From Candidatus Dormiibacterota bacterium (GTDB lineage: Bacteria > Chloroflexota > Dormibacteria > Aeolococcales > Aeolococcaceae), in contig OY970355.1 in assembly GCA_963718525.1 (NCBI GenBank), forward strand, positions 800,001 through 864,000: DNA of 64,000 bases. Reading direction: 5' to 3'. Shown one piece after another: positions 25,762 to 34,384 of the stretch (the first letter of the stretch is position 1; each line of letters opens with the position of its first letter). The notes beneath the pieces are model-generated. The model did not search any database, was not told the origin of the DNA, and saw only the letters and a list, made by a program, of their open reading frames with translations. Position numbers and translations under genes: made by a program.

Positions 25762-25889
25762 GGGTGGGGAGGGCGTGGGCGGAGGCGGGCCGTCTCGCAG
25801 CCCGGGCTACCCCCCCGGGCGAGAGCGAGGGGCGGAACGGCGAAGGCGTTCCGCCCCCGTGCCCGCCGCAGCCCACGCCCTCCCCACCC
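25762..25889. repeat. ~128-bp structured element with 29-bp terminal inverted repeats and two internal hairpins (REP/MITE-like)
   Basis: GGGTGGGGAGGGCGTGGGC-GGA-GGCGGGC (25762-25790) pairs with 25861-25889. Internal hairpins are GCCCGGG/CCCGGGC and GGGGCGGAACG/CGTTCCGCCCC. Confidence 0.75.
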
Positions 25890-25890
25890 C

Positions 25891-26160
25891 TCACCGCGCG
25901 TGCTCGCTAAGCACGCGGATGGACGCGATGCGCAAGTCTTCGATCACCGTGTTGCGCAGCAGCTGCTCGCACATGGCCTCGACCTGCGCACGAACCGCGA
26001 CCTCATCGTCGCCCTCGACCTCGAGCTCCAGGTGCTTGCCGACGCGCACGGAGCGCACCCCTGGGAAGCCCAGGCGATGCAGTCCGTCGCGCACCACGAG
26101 GCCCTGTGGATCGTTGACAACGGGCTTCAACACGACCACGACCTCGACGGCGAACGTCAT
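25891..26160 (-). CDS. purS: FGAM synthase subunit PurS
   Basis: LKPVVNDPQG, VRVGKHLEL, MCEQLLRNTVIED. ATG overlaps the purC stop. Confidence 0.93.
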   Translation of the reverse strand: MTFAVEVVVVLKPVVNDPQGLVVRDGLHRLGFPGVRSVRVGKHLELEVEGDDEVAVRAQVEAMCEQLLRNTVIEDLRIASIRVLSEHAR

Positions 26161-27053
26161 TCGGCAGTGACCCCTGGGATCTCGATTCCGCAGATGCGCC
26201 GGGCAGCCTCGATGTAGCGCTTGGTGGTGCCGCGGACCACCTCGTCGGGAAGCGCGGGACCGGGATCGGTTTTGTCCCAGCCCAATGTCTCGACGTAGTC
26301 GCGAACGAACTGCTTGTCGAACGAGACCGCGGGCTCGCCCTCGCGCCACTCTGACATCTCCCAGAAACGCGACGAGTCCGGCGTGAAGATCTCGTCGATG
26401 AGAGTCAGCTTCCCGTTGATGAAACCGAACTCGAACTTGGTGTCGGCGAGGTAGATGCCCACGCTCTCGCAGCGCGCCGTGGCGTAATCGAAGAGCCGTA
26501 GCGACGCGGACTCCAGCTCCTCCGCGAGTGACTGACCGAGGAGCCCGCGCAACTCGGTGCGCGAGATGTTGACGTCGTGGCCGTCATCCTTCTTGATCGC
26601 GGGCGTGAACCGCGGCGACGGGAGACGCGAGGAGTCGCGAAGCCCCTCCTGGAGCGGCTCGCTCGCGAGCGTTCCCTTGTCGCGATATTCCTTCCAGCCG
26701 GATCCACTGATGAATCCGCGGACCACGCACTCGACGTCGATGCGCTGCGCGCGTGCGACGTGCATCGACCGCGGCAACCAATCGCTGCGCACCGCTTCAG
26801 GAATCGCCTCCTCGTCGTCGGCCAGCAGGTGATTGGGCATGATGGCTGCGGTCTGAGCGAACCACCAGCGCGACATCTGGGTCAGCACCGTGCCCTTTCC
26901 CGGAATCGGCGTCGGCAGGACGACGTCGAAGACGCTCAACCGGTCGGTCGCGATCATCAACAGCGTGCCGTCGGCAAGCTGGAACGTGTCCCGCACTTTG
27001 CCGCGCCGGAACAGATTGAGATCACCGATGTCCGCAGCGCTCATCACCTGCAT
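26157..27053 (-). CDS. purC: SAICAR synthetase
   Basis: RGKVRD, ATDRLSVFD, ECVVRG, LADTKFEFG, DEIFTPDSSRFW, DKQFVRD. Confidence 0.96.
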   Translation of the reverse strand: MQVMSAADIGDLNLFRRGKVRDTFQLADGTLLMIATDRLSVFDVVLPTPIPGKGTVLTQMSRWWFAQTAAIMPNHLLADDEEAIPEAVRSDWLPRSMHVARAQRIDVECVVRGFISGSGWKEYRDKGTLASEPLQEGLRDSSRLPSPRFTPAIKKDDGHDVNISRTELRGLLGQSLAEELESASLRLFDYATARCESVGIYLADTKFEFGFINGKLTLIDEIFTPDSSRFWEMSEWREGEPAVSFDKQFVRDYVETLGWDKTDPGPALPDEVVRGTTKRYIEAARRICGIEIPGVTAE

Positions 27054-28432
27054 CAGCTCATCCTCCCGCCGGCCAGGCCGGCCTCTATTGCGAGCGCGGG
27101 CGCCGAAGCGTCAGGCGCAGCTCGCTCGGGTGTTGCCGTCGACAGACCGAGGCGACGGTATGTCTCATCAATATGCGCGAGGTACGGTTCGACGTCGAAG
27201 CTGTGCGCGATGCTCGTCTCGGGAAGCGCCGCAGCGATGTCGGCGTCGGTGGAAACCAGGTCGCGGAACGAGCCCTCTCCGTCACGCGCGCGCGCCGCAA
27301 GTGCCTGCACAGCGCGGTAGGCACGCTCCCGGGGCCATTCCGCCTCGACGATCAAGGCGGTGAGCACCTGTTGCGAGAACACGATGCCGCCGTGCAGCTC
27401 GATGTTGGCGGCCATGTTCTCGGGCTTGACCCGAAGGCCCTCGACGATTCGCGTGGAGAGGCGCACGATGTAGTCGCTGAGCGCACAGGCGTCGGGGAGG
27501 ATCACGCGCTCGGCCGACGAGTGCGAGATGTCGCGCTCATGCCAGAGTGCGACGTCCTCCATCGCCGTCATCGCGTAGCCACGAAGCACTCGAGCAAGCC
27601 CGCAGATGCGCTCGCAGAGAATCGGATTCCGCTTGTGAGGCATTGCGGATGAACCCTTCTGGCGCTGCCCGAACGGCTCCTCGACCTCGTCAACCTCGGT
27701 GATCTGGAGCAGCCGGATGGTGGTGGCCAGCCGTTCGAGCACTGCCCCGAGCAGGGCCAGTGCGGTGACGAACGACGCGTGCCGATCGCGCGCGAGCACC
27801 TGCGTGGCGACGGGCGCGGTCGCGAGCCCGAGCCCCTCACACACGTGCTCCTCGACCTCCGGCGGAACGCTGGCATGGGTGCCGACCGCGCCGGTGATCT
27901 GACCAACCGCAATTTCGGCGGTCGCCGCCGCGAGCCGCGAGCGCGCGCGGCGCACCTCATCGACGAAATTGGCGAGCTTGATGCCGAGGGTCAGGGGCTC
28001 CGCATGGACGCCATGGGTGCGTCCCATCATCACCGTGAGCCGGTGGCGCTCCGCCTGTTCGACGAGCGCTCCGATCAGCGATTCGACGTCGGAGTCGATG
28101 ACCGCCGCCGCGTCGCGCAGCTGGGTCGCGAGGGCCGTGTCGACGACGTCGGACGAGGTCAGCCCCAGATGGAAGTACCGCCCGGCGTCGCCGACAGTCT
28201 CCTGCACCGCCGCGACGAACGCGGCCATGTCGTGTCCCTGCTCGGCCTCGAGCTCGGCGATGCGGTCGGCGTCGATGGATGCCCCCTGCAGGGCGGTCAG
28301 CGCTTCGACGGGAATCCGGCCGATTTCCGCCCAACCTTCGCAGGCGAGCAACTCGACATCCAGCCAGCGGCGCAATCGCGATGCGTCACTGAAGACTTTC
28401 GCGATCTGTTGCGGGGCGTACCGGGGGATCAC
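27053..28432 (-). CDS. purB: Adenylosuccinate lyase
   Basis: MIPRY, HLGLTSSDVVDT, GRTHGVHAEP, GSSAMPHKRNP, WHERDISHSSAER. Confidence 0.96.
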   Translation of the reverse strand: MIPRYAPQQIAKVFSDASRLRRWLDVELLACEGWAEIGRIPVEALTALQGASIDADRIAELEAEQGHDMAAFVAAVQETVGDAGRYFHLGLTSSDVVDTALATQLRDAAAVIDSDVESLIGALVEQAERHRLTVMMGRTHGVHAEPLTLGIKLANFVDEVRRARSRLAAATAEIAVGQITGAVGTHASVPPEVEEHVCEGLGLATAPVATQVLARDRHASFVTALALLGAVLERLATTIRLLQITEVDEVEEPFGQRQKGSSAMPHKRNPILCERICGLARVLRGYAMTAMEDVALWHERDISHSSAERVILPDACALSDYIVRLSTRIVEGLRVKPENMAANIELHGGIVFSQQVLTALIVEAEWPRERAYRAVQALAARARDGEGSFRDLVSTDADIAAALPETSIAHSFDVEPYLAHIDETYRRLGLSTATPERAAPDASAPALAIEAGLAGGRMS

Positions 28433-28433
28433 C

Positions 28434-28446
28434 TACGTTCATTCTA
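28434..28446. promoter_or_regulatory. Back-to-back -10 hexamers (TACGTT on +, TAGAAT on -) in the 19-bp purB/GDPD divergent gap
   Basis: TAGAAT (minus, 28446-28441) lies 8 nt before the purB GTG. TACGTT (plus, 28434-28439) lies 12 nt before the GDPD GTG. Confidence 0.55.
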
Positions 28447-28451
28447 TCGGG

Positions 28452-29330
28452 GTGGCCACTGGCACCCCCCTGCCCCTGGTGATCGCGCACCGGGGCGCCT
28501 CGCGTGACGCGCCGGAGAACACCATCGCGGCGTTCGAGGCGGCAATCGCGCTGGGCGCGGACGCGGTGGAGCTCGACGTTCGCCGGACCGCGGACGGCGT
28601 GCTCGTCGTGCATCACAACGCGTCCCGCCGCGGGGTCCCCCTGGCCATGCTGACCTACTCCGGTCTGGTGCGTCTGAGCCGCTTCGAGCCGCCCAGGTTC
28701 GATGCCGTCCTGGATCTCTGCGCAGGGAGGATCGCGCTCGACGTCGAGATCAAGGAGGCCGGATACGAGGCCGAGGTGGTCGAGGCGGCCTCGAGCCGGT
28801 TTGCTCGCGAGCAGCTGCTGTACACGTCGTTCGAGGAGTTGGTGATTGCCACCATCCGGCAGCTGGCTCCCGACGCGCGCTGTGGTCTGCTGCTGGGCCC
28901 CGGCCGGCTGCGCACGCGCGCTCAGCGGTACGAGGCACTCCCTTTCGATCTCGCAGAGCGCTGCGGCGCGGATTTGCTCGCCGTCCATCAGTGGCTGGCT
29001 CCTCTTCGAGGCCGGAGCCGGCGGATTCCGGGCACCGGGCTGCTCGCCGAGGCGCAGGCGAGGGGCTTCCCGATGATCGTCTGGACCGTCGACGGTCCCC
29101 AGCGTCTGCGCGCCTACCTTGCGGATGGCCGGGTGGCGGGGATAATCACTGACCTGCCCGGCCTTGCGGTCGAGACCCGCCGCGAGCTGGTGTCCGGGGT
29201 TAGTGGGGAAGGGACGAGGAGCCGCCGGGGTCCGGCACCCGGGGAGCAGGACGACTTTATGCCATCGCATGTAACCGGACCACGCCGACCCGCGTTGAAT
29301 GATCGAGTGCGCCCGGTGATCCCGAGATGA
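28452..29330 (+). CDS. Glycerophosphodiester phosphodiesterase family protein
   Basis: [45 protein letters not shown]. Confidence 0.9.
   Translation: MATGTPLPLVIAHRGASRDAPENTIAAFEAAIALGADAVELDVRRTADGVLVVHHNASRRGVPLAMLTYSGLVRLSRFEPPRFDAVLDLCAGRIALDVEIKEAGYEAEVVEAASSRFAREQLLYTSFEELVIATIRQLAPDARCGLLLGPGRLRTRAQRYEALPFDLAERCGADLLAVHQWLAPLRGRSRRIPGTGLLAEAQARGFPMIVWTVDGPQRLRAYLADGRVAGIITDLPGLAVETRRELVSGVSGEGTRSRRGPAPGEQDDFMPSHVTGPRRPALNDRVRPVIPR
29270..29296 (+). promoter_or_regulatory. Putative ECF-sigma autoregulatory promoter
   Basis: TGTAAC-N17-CGTT lies 30 nt upstream of the ECF sigma gene and matches the generic AAC/CGT ECF promoter pattern. Confidence 0.55.
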
Positions 29331-29890
29331 CGCTACCTCGGGCGTATGAAGACCAGCTTGTCGAGCGTGCCAAACAGGACGCCGACGCCTTTGGGGAACT
29401 GTACGACCACTACTTCGGCCAGATCTACCGGTTCGTGTTCAGCCGCCTCCGTGACCAGGAGGCCGCTGAGGACGTTACCTCAGAGGTCTTCTTCAAGGCA
29501 CTCCGCGCAATCGGGCGATACAAACCGTCAGGCCACCCATTCAGCGCCTGGCTCTATCAAATCAGCGTCAACGCAATCAATGATCACTATCGAAGCCGCA
29601 AACCGACCTCGAGCCTCGACAGCGCCATCGCTGTCGCCGATCCGGCTCGTCCTGTCGACGACCGCGTCGTGGACAGCGCCGAGGCGGCACGCGTCTGGGC
29701 TGCCATCGACGACCTCCCGCCGCAACAGAGAGCAGCCATGACCCTCAAGCTCGGTGAGGACCTCAAGCTCGCCCAGATCGGAGAGATCCTCGGCAAGAGC
29801 GAGGGCGCGGTCAAGCTGCTCATCCATCGCGGCATGATCGGTGTCCGCCTGCGCCTCGGTGTCGTCGTCGCCGTCGAGGAGAAGAGCTGA
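29327..29890 (+). CDS. ECF RNA polymerase sigma factor
   Basis: AFGELYD, AEDVTSEVFFKA, FSAWLYQI (region 2); IGEILGKSEGAVKLLIHRG (region 4). Confidence 0.92.
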   Translation: MTLPRAYEDQLVERAKQDADAFGELYDHYFGQIYRFVFSRLRDQEAAEDVTSEVFFKALRAIGRYKPSGHPFSAWLYQISVNAINDHYRSRKPTSSLDSAIAVADPARPVDDRVVDSAEAARVWAAIDDLPPQQRAAMTLKLGEDLKLAQIGEILGKSEGAVKLLIHRGMIGVRLRLGVVVAVEEKS

Positions 29891-32157
29891 TGGCCTGGAT
29901 GGGCGGGTGGTTCGATCCCGAGCTCGAGGACCTGTTTCACGACGAGCCTGAGCTCCTCGAAACCGCACAACGGCTTCGCTCGGCTCGCCCGCAGGTCGAA
30001 GCCGATCCACGCTTCCAGAATCGACTTCGCGCCCAGCTGTTCGCCGAAGCGTCGCGGGGCCGCGGCGCCCGCGGGGTGCGCCGCTGGTGGCGTCTCGGAC
30101 CGAGCCATTTCGCCTGGGGTGGCGCCTTCGTCGGGGCCGCGCTCATCACCGCCACGGTGCTCACGTTCGTAACGAATCACCCGACGGACGAAACCGTGAC
30201 CGCGTTCTCGCAGCTCACCGCCCAGCACTCGGTGAGCATCTCGCAGGTGATCACCGTCGCGTTCAACCAGCCGATGGACCAGCACGCCGTGGAGGCGGGC
30301 GTCCACATTCAGCCGGCGATCAAGGTGTCATACACCTGGAAGGACAACGACCTGGTGATCACGCCGGCGTATCACCTGTCGGCGAACACGCCCTATACCG
30401 TCACGATCGCGCAGACGGCGATCCGCGCGGCATCGGGCGCTTCGGCTGCCGCGCCGATCAACATCACCTTCGGAACAGAGCCGACCCCGGCTCCCGGCCC
30501 GGCGGCACCGCCGTCGCTCAACCCGGTGACCCTCGGTTCGAATGGGACCGGTGGGTCGCTGTTCTACGCCCCGGACGGTTCGCTCATCAGCACGGTCGGC
30601 CTCCTCCCAACGTCGCCGACAGCAACCGCGACACCATCGGCGACTCCCACCCCGTCGGCAAGCCCGACCGCGACCCCTGAGGGTGGCATCACCGGTGCGC
30701 CCGGCGTGCCTGGAGGGCTCGTGCAATTCTCGGGCGCCGGCATGACCAAGCAGCTCGGACCGTCGCCCAGCGCCGCGGCATTCTCTCCCAACGGCAGGTA
30801 CCTGGCGACCGCGGTGCCAGACGCCGGTGGCGGTTCGATGATCGTCACCAGCCAGAGCGACGGGACCCACTCGGTGCCGCTCATCGACTCACCGGCTGCC
30901 GTGACCGCACTGACGTGGTCGTCGAACGATCGAATCATCTATACGGACGGGACCAACATCGTCTCGGTGGACCTCACCAAGGCGACCACGCAGCTGTACA
31001 CCCTCGCGGGCGGCGCGGGCACGATCACCGAGCTTGCCTCGGGCGGTGCGTACGCCTACGTCGCGCCCTCGACCGGCACCGGCGGGTCGCTGCTGCACAT
31101 CCGCGCCGGAACGGAGCAGGTGCTCTCGGGCGCGGGGGCCGACGTCGCATTCAGCGGTGACGGCAAGACCGTCGCATGGATCGACGAGTCGGCACAGCCC
31201 GCCCGTCTGCTCACGGAGGCGGTCGGTCAGAGTGCTCCCACGGTCGTTCCGATGCCCAACTCATCGGCCAGCCCAAGCGACGTCACCATCGACATGAACG
31301 GCGATGAGGCGGCATTCCTCAGCACCAAGTCCTCGGGCGTCGCAGAGCTCGCGATCGTGCAGCTGCCGAGCGGCACCGTGCTCGCGGTGCAATCACCCGC
31401 GAATGCATCCCAGCTCACGCTGTCCCCGGGTGGTGATCAGGTCGCCTTCGTCTCGAACACCGCGGGCGGCGCCTCCATTGAACAGGCCACCGTCCCGGGC
31501 ACCAGGAGCCGGGCGAACCAGCCGCAGATTCCGGCGGGTGCCAACGCCACCCTGCAACGATTCGTGCAGGCCCAGGTCGGCCAGGACGGCCAACCAGATC
31601 TCGGCGCGCTCGCGGCACTGAGTGCCGCGAATGTCGATGCCGCATCGACGACGCCCCAGGACCTCAGCCGGGCCTACGTGATCAGCACCTACCTCGAGCC
31701 CCAGGGTGGCGTCGGAGCGAGCATCGAGCTGATCGTCGACCCGAGCTCCGGACACACCACGGCCCGCGTCGCCAGCGAGACGCTGCTCATCGCCCAGGAC
31801 CCCAGCGGCCGGTACCTTGTGATGCAGGCGCAGACGTCGCCGCTTCGTGACGAGTTGGCAGGACCGCACGTGGTTCAGGTGACCTCGATCACCACCAACG
31901 GCGTCACCACGCTCCAGGTGAGCTTCGACAGTGACATCGACCCGGGCACCGTCGCGGGCTCGATCGCCGTCATGTCGGCGTCGGGCAACATCCTCTTTTC
32001 GACGGCGGTGTACAACCCCGACACGCGGACCGCCACGGTCACGATCCAGAACGCGCCGTCCGGGACGTTGACCCTCGACATCGCAACCACGCTTGCCGAC
32101 TTCGAGGGACAGGCGCTTGCGCACAGCTTCGAGACCAAGGTCCAGGCAAACTCCTAG
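29890..32157 (+). CDS. Putative membrane anti-sigma factor with extracellular Ig-like (Big_5/SbsA) and WD40/TolB-like propeller domains
   Basis: Coupled to the ECF gene. Cytoplasmic PRFQNRLRAQL, one TM, ITVAFNQPMD..LSANTPYTVTI, Pro/Thr linker, FSPNG/WSSND/FSGDG/LSPGG repeats, second Ig-like VSFDSDID. Confidence 0.7.
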   Translation: MAWMGGWFDPELEDLFHDEPELLETAQRLRSARPQVEADPRFQNRLRAQLFAEASRGRGARGVRRWWRLGPSHFAWGGAFVGAALITATVLTFVTNHPTDETVTAFSQLTAQHSVSISQVITVAFNQPMDQHAVEAGVHIQPAIKVSYTWKDNDLVITPAYHLSANTPYTVTIAQTAIRAASGASAAAPINITFGTEPTPAPGPAAPPSLNPVTLGSNGTGGSLFYAPDGSLISTVGLLPTSPTATATPSATPTPSASPTATPEGGITGAPGVPGGLVQFSGAGMTKQLGPSPSAAAFSPNGRYLATAVPDAGGGSMIVTSQSDGTHSVPLIDSPAAVTALTWSSNDRIIYTDGTNIVSVDLTKATTQLYTLAGGAGTITELASGGAYAYVAPSTGTGGSLLHIRAGTEQVLSGAGADVAFSGDGKTVAWIDESAQPARLLTEAVGQSAPTVVPMPNSSASPSDVTIDMNGDEAAFLSTKSSGVAELAIVQLPSGTVLAVQSPANASQLTLSPGGDQVAFVSNTAGGASIEQATVPGTRSRANQPQIPAGANATLQRFVQAQVGQDGQPDLGALAALSAANVDAASTTPQDLSRAYVISTYLEPQGGVGASIELIVDPSSGHTTARVASETLLIAQDPSGRYLVMQAQTSPLRDELAGPHVVQVTSITTNGVTTLQVSFDSDIDPGTVAGSIAVMSASGNILFSTAVYNPDTRTATVTIQNAPSGTLTLDIATTLADFEGQALAHSFETKVQANS

Positions 32158-32915
32158 CCGGCTGTGCTCCCAGTGGTGCACCACAGCGTTGCCCGAACCG
32201 GGATGCGCATGGTCCCATCAGCGGCCGTGCAGCGCTCCAGCGCGCGCTGACACATCGCTCGACCTTCGCGCAGGGCCGGCTCGGATGTGTCGGTCAGCTC
32301 GGCGGCGATCGGCCGTTCGACCACCATCGCCGCCCAGTAGTCCGCAATACCGTCGAAGCGCACCACGTCGTTGAGCGTCACCGCCTCCCAGTGCGTTGCT
32401 TGCACGGGATATGGGCCGGCGAGCGCGCTTGCCAGGAAGAGGGAGTCAATTCCAGTGACGGCGCGCAGAGCGTCGAGCAGTGCGACTTCGTGCATCGGTG
32501 GTTCCGACGCGTCCCACGTGAGCACGCCGGCGCGGCCACCGGGACGCGTTGCGCGCCTCGCTGCGTCGAGCAGCAACTCGCCGTCCCAGAACCCGTAGGT
32601 GCAGAGCGACGCCACGCGGTCGCATGACGCGTGGCCCAGCGGGATGCCGCCTCCAGCAGCGAGCAATGTCGATGCACCACACCCGGTGTCCGAGACATCA
32701 CGCTCGGCGTCTCCGAGCAGTGCGGTCTCCGTGTCGACGAGCATGACGTGCCCGCGAGTCCCGACTGCACTGCCAAGCGCAACCCCACCAACGCCCGTGT
32801 CGCAGATGAGGTCGCACGCGGCCTCACCCGCTTGCACGCCGAGCAGCGCGACCACCTGCTCGGCAAGCGGCCGAAGCACCGCGCGTGCGTACAGCCGCCC
32901 GAAGCGCGGCTCCAC
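32154..32915 (-). CDS. Class I methyltransferase-fold protein with divergent SAM motif
   Basis: ACDLICDTGVGG (motif I-like), IPLGHASCDRV, ATRPGGR. Starts 4 nt after the biotin carboxylase stop. Confidence 0.6.
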   Translation of the reverse strand: MEPRFGRLYARAVLRPLAEQVVALLGVQAGEAACDLICDTGVGGVALGSAVGTRGHVMLVDTETALLGDAERDVSDTGCGASTLLAAGGGIPLGHASCDRVASLCTYGFWDGELLLDAARRATRPGGRAGVLTWDASEPPMHEVALLDALRAVTGIDSLFLASALAGPYPVQATHWEAVTLNDVVRFDGIADYWAAMVVERPIAAELTDTSEPALREGRAMCQRALERCTAADGTMRIPVRATLWCTTGSTAG

Positions 32916-32919
32916 GCCG

Positions 32920-34362
32920 TCAGCCCGAGACGGCGATCGCGGCGGAGATGGCAGCGACGCGCGCCGGGTCGCGGACCACGCGCCGGAACGGCTCCTGCTG
33001 TTCCGCCCATGCGTCCGCCGCCGCAACCAGCTCCGGATGCTGCTCGATGAACGCGGTGCTGTACGTCCCGGCACGAAAGTCCGGATCAGCGATCACGGCA
33101 AGGTGGTACGCGATGTTGGTGCGTATCCCGTTGATGACGTACTCCAGCAACGCGCGGCGCATCCGATCGAGCGCCATGTCACGCGTCGGTCCATAGGTGA
33201 TCAGCTTGGCGATCATCGGGTCGTAGTTGGGGGAGACCAGCCCGGCGCTCACCAGCGAGCTGTCGACGCGCACACCCGGACCTGCGGGCTCGTGGTAGCC
33301 GGTCACCTGCCCGGGCGAGGGAAGAAAGCCCTTCGCGTAGTTCTCCGCATTGATCCGGCACTCGACGGCATGTCCGCGCGGCACCACCTCCTCCTGGGTC
33401 AGCGACAGCCGCTCCCCAGCTGCGATGCGCAGCTGTTCGGCCACGAGGTCGATGCCGTAGACGAGCTCGGTGACCGGATGCTCGACCTGCAGGCGGGTGT
33501 TCATCTCGAGGAAATAGAACTCACCCTCGCGGTAGATGAATTCGACGGTGCCGGCGTTGACATATCCGACCGCCTTTGCGGCAGTGACCGCGGCGTGTCC
33601 CATCCGCGCGCGGGTCGCCGCATCGATGACCGGTGAGGGCGCCTCCTCGACGATCTTCTGATGACGGCGCTGGACGGAGCACTCCCGCTCTCCGAGGTGG
33701 ATGACATTGCCGTGCGTGTCCGCAAGCACCTGGATCTCGATGTGGCGCGGCTCCTCGAGGTAGCGCTCGAGAAAGATCGTGTCGTTCCCGAATGCTCGCT
33801 GCGCGGTGCTCTTCGCGGTGTCGAATGACGCGCGGAGCTCGGCCTCGTCGCGGGCGACGCGCATCCCGATGCCGCCGCCACCCGCGCTCGCCTTGATCAA
33901 GACGGGGTAGCCGATCTGCGCTGCTGCGTGGACCGTCTCATCGAGATCCCCGAGCGCACCGGTCCCAGGGACGACTGGGACGCCCGATTCGCGCATGCGC
34001 TCGCGAGCCGGCACCTTCTCTCCCATCGCCGCCATGGCATCAGGCGTTGGCCCGACGAAGACGATGCCGCTCTCCTCGCACGCACGTGCGAGCTGCTGGT
34101 TCTCACTGAGAAAACCGTAGCCGGGATGAATCGCCTGAGCGCCAGTGGAGCGAGCCGCGTCGATGATCCGGTCGATGACAAGATACGACTGTGCCGCAGG
34201 CGCCGGGCCGATCTCCACCGCCTCGTCGGCGAGCAGCACGAATGCGGCGGTGCGGTCGGCATCGCTGTGCACGGCGACTGTTCGCACGCCGAGGTCGCGG
34301 CACCCGCGGAGGATCCGCAGCGCGATCTCACCACGGTTGGCGATGAGGACTTTGTCGAACAT
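32920..34362 (-). CDS. accC: Biotin carboxylase (AccC/PycA type), intact
   Basis: KVLIANRGEIA, HPGYGFLSEN, GGGGIGMR, ERECSVQRRHQK, FLEMNTRLQVEHPVTE, ECRINAE, YDPMIAK. Confidence 0.93.
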   Translation of the reverse strand: MFDKVLIANRGEIALRILRGCRDLGVRTVAVHSDADRTAAFVLLADEAVEIGPAPAAQSYLVIDRIIDAARSTGAQAIHPGYGFLSENQQLARACEESGIVFVGPTPDAMAAMGEKVPARERMRESGVPVVPGTGALGDLDETVHAAAQIGYPVLIKASAGGGGIGMRVARDEAELRASFDTAKSTAQRAFGNDTIFLERYLEEPRHIEIQVLADTHGNVIHLGERECSVQRRHQKIVEEAPSPVIDAATRARMGHAAVTAAKAVGYVNAGTVEFIYREGEFYFLEMNTRLQVEHPVTELVYGIDLVAEQLRIAAGERLSLTQEEVVPRGHAVECRINAENYAKGFLPSPGQVTGYHEPAGPGVRVDSSLVSAGLVSPNYDPMIAKLITYGPTRDMALDRMRRALLEYVINGIRTNIAYHLAVIADPDFRAGTYSTAFIEQHPELVAAADAWAEQQEPFRRVVRDPARVAAISAAIAVSG

Positions 34363-34384
34363 CAAGCAACCGCCCGGATGCTGG

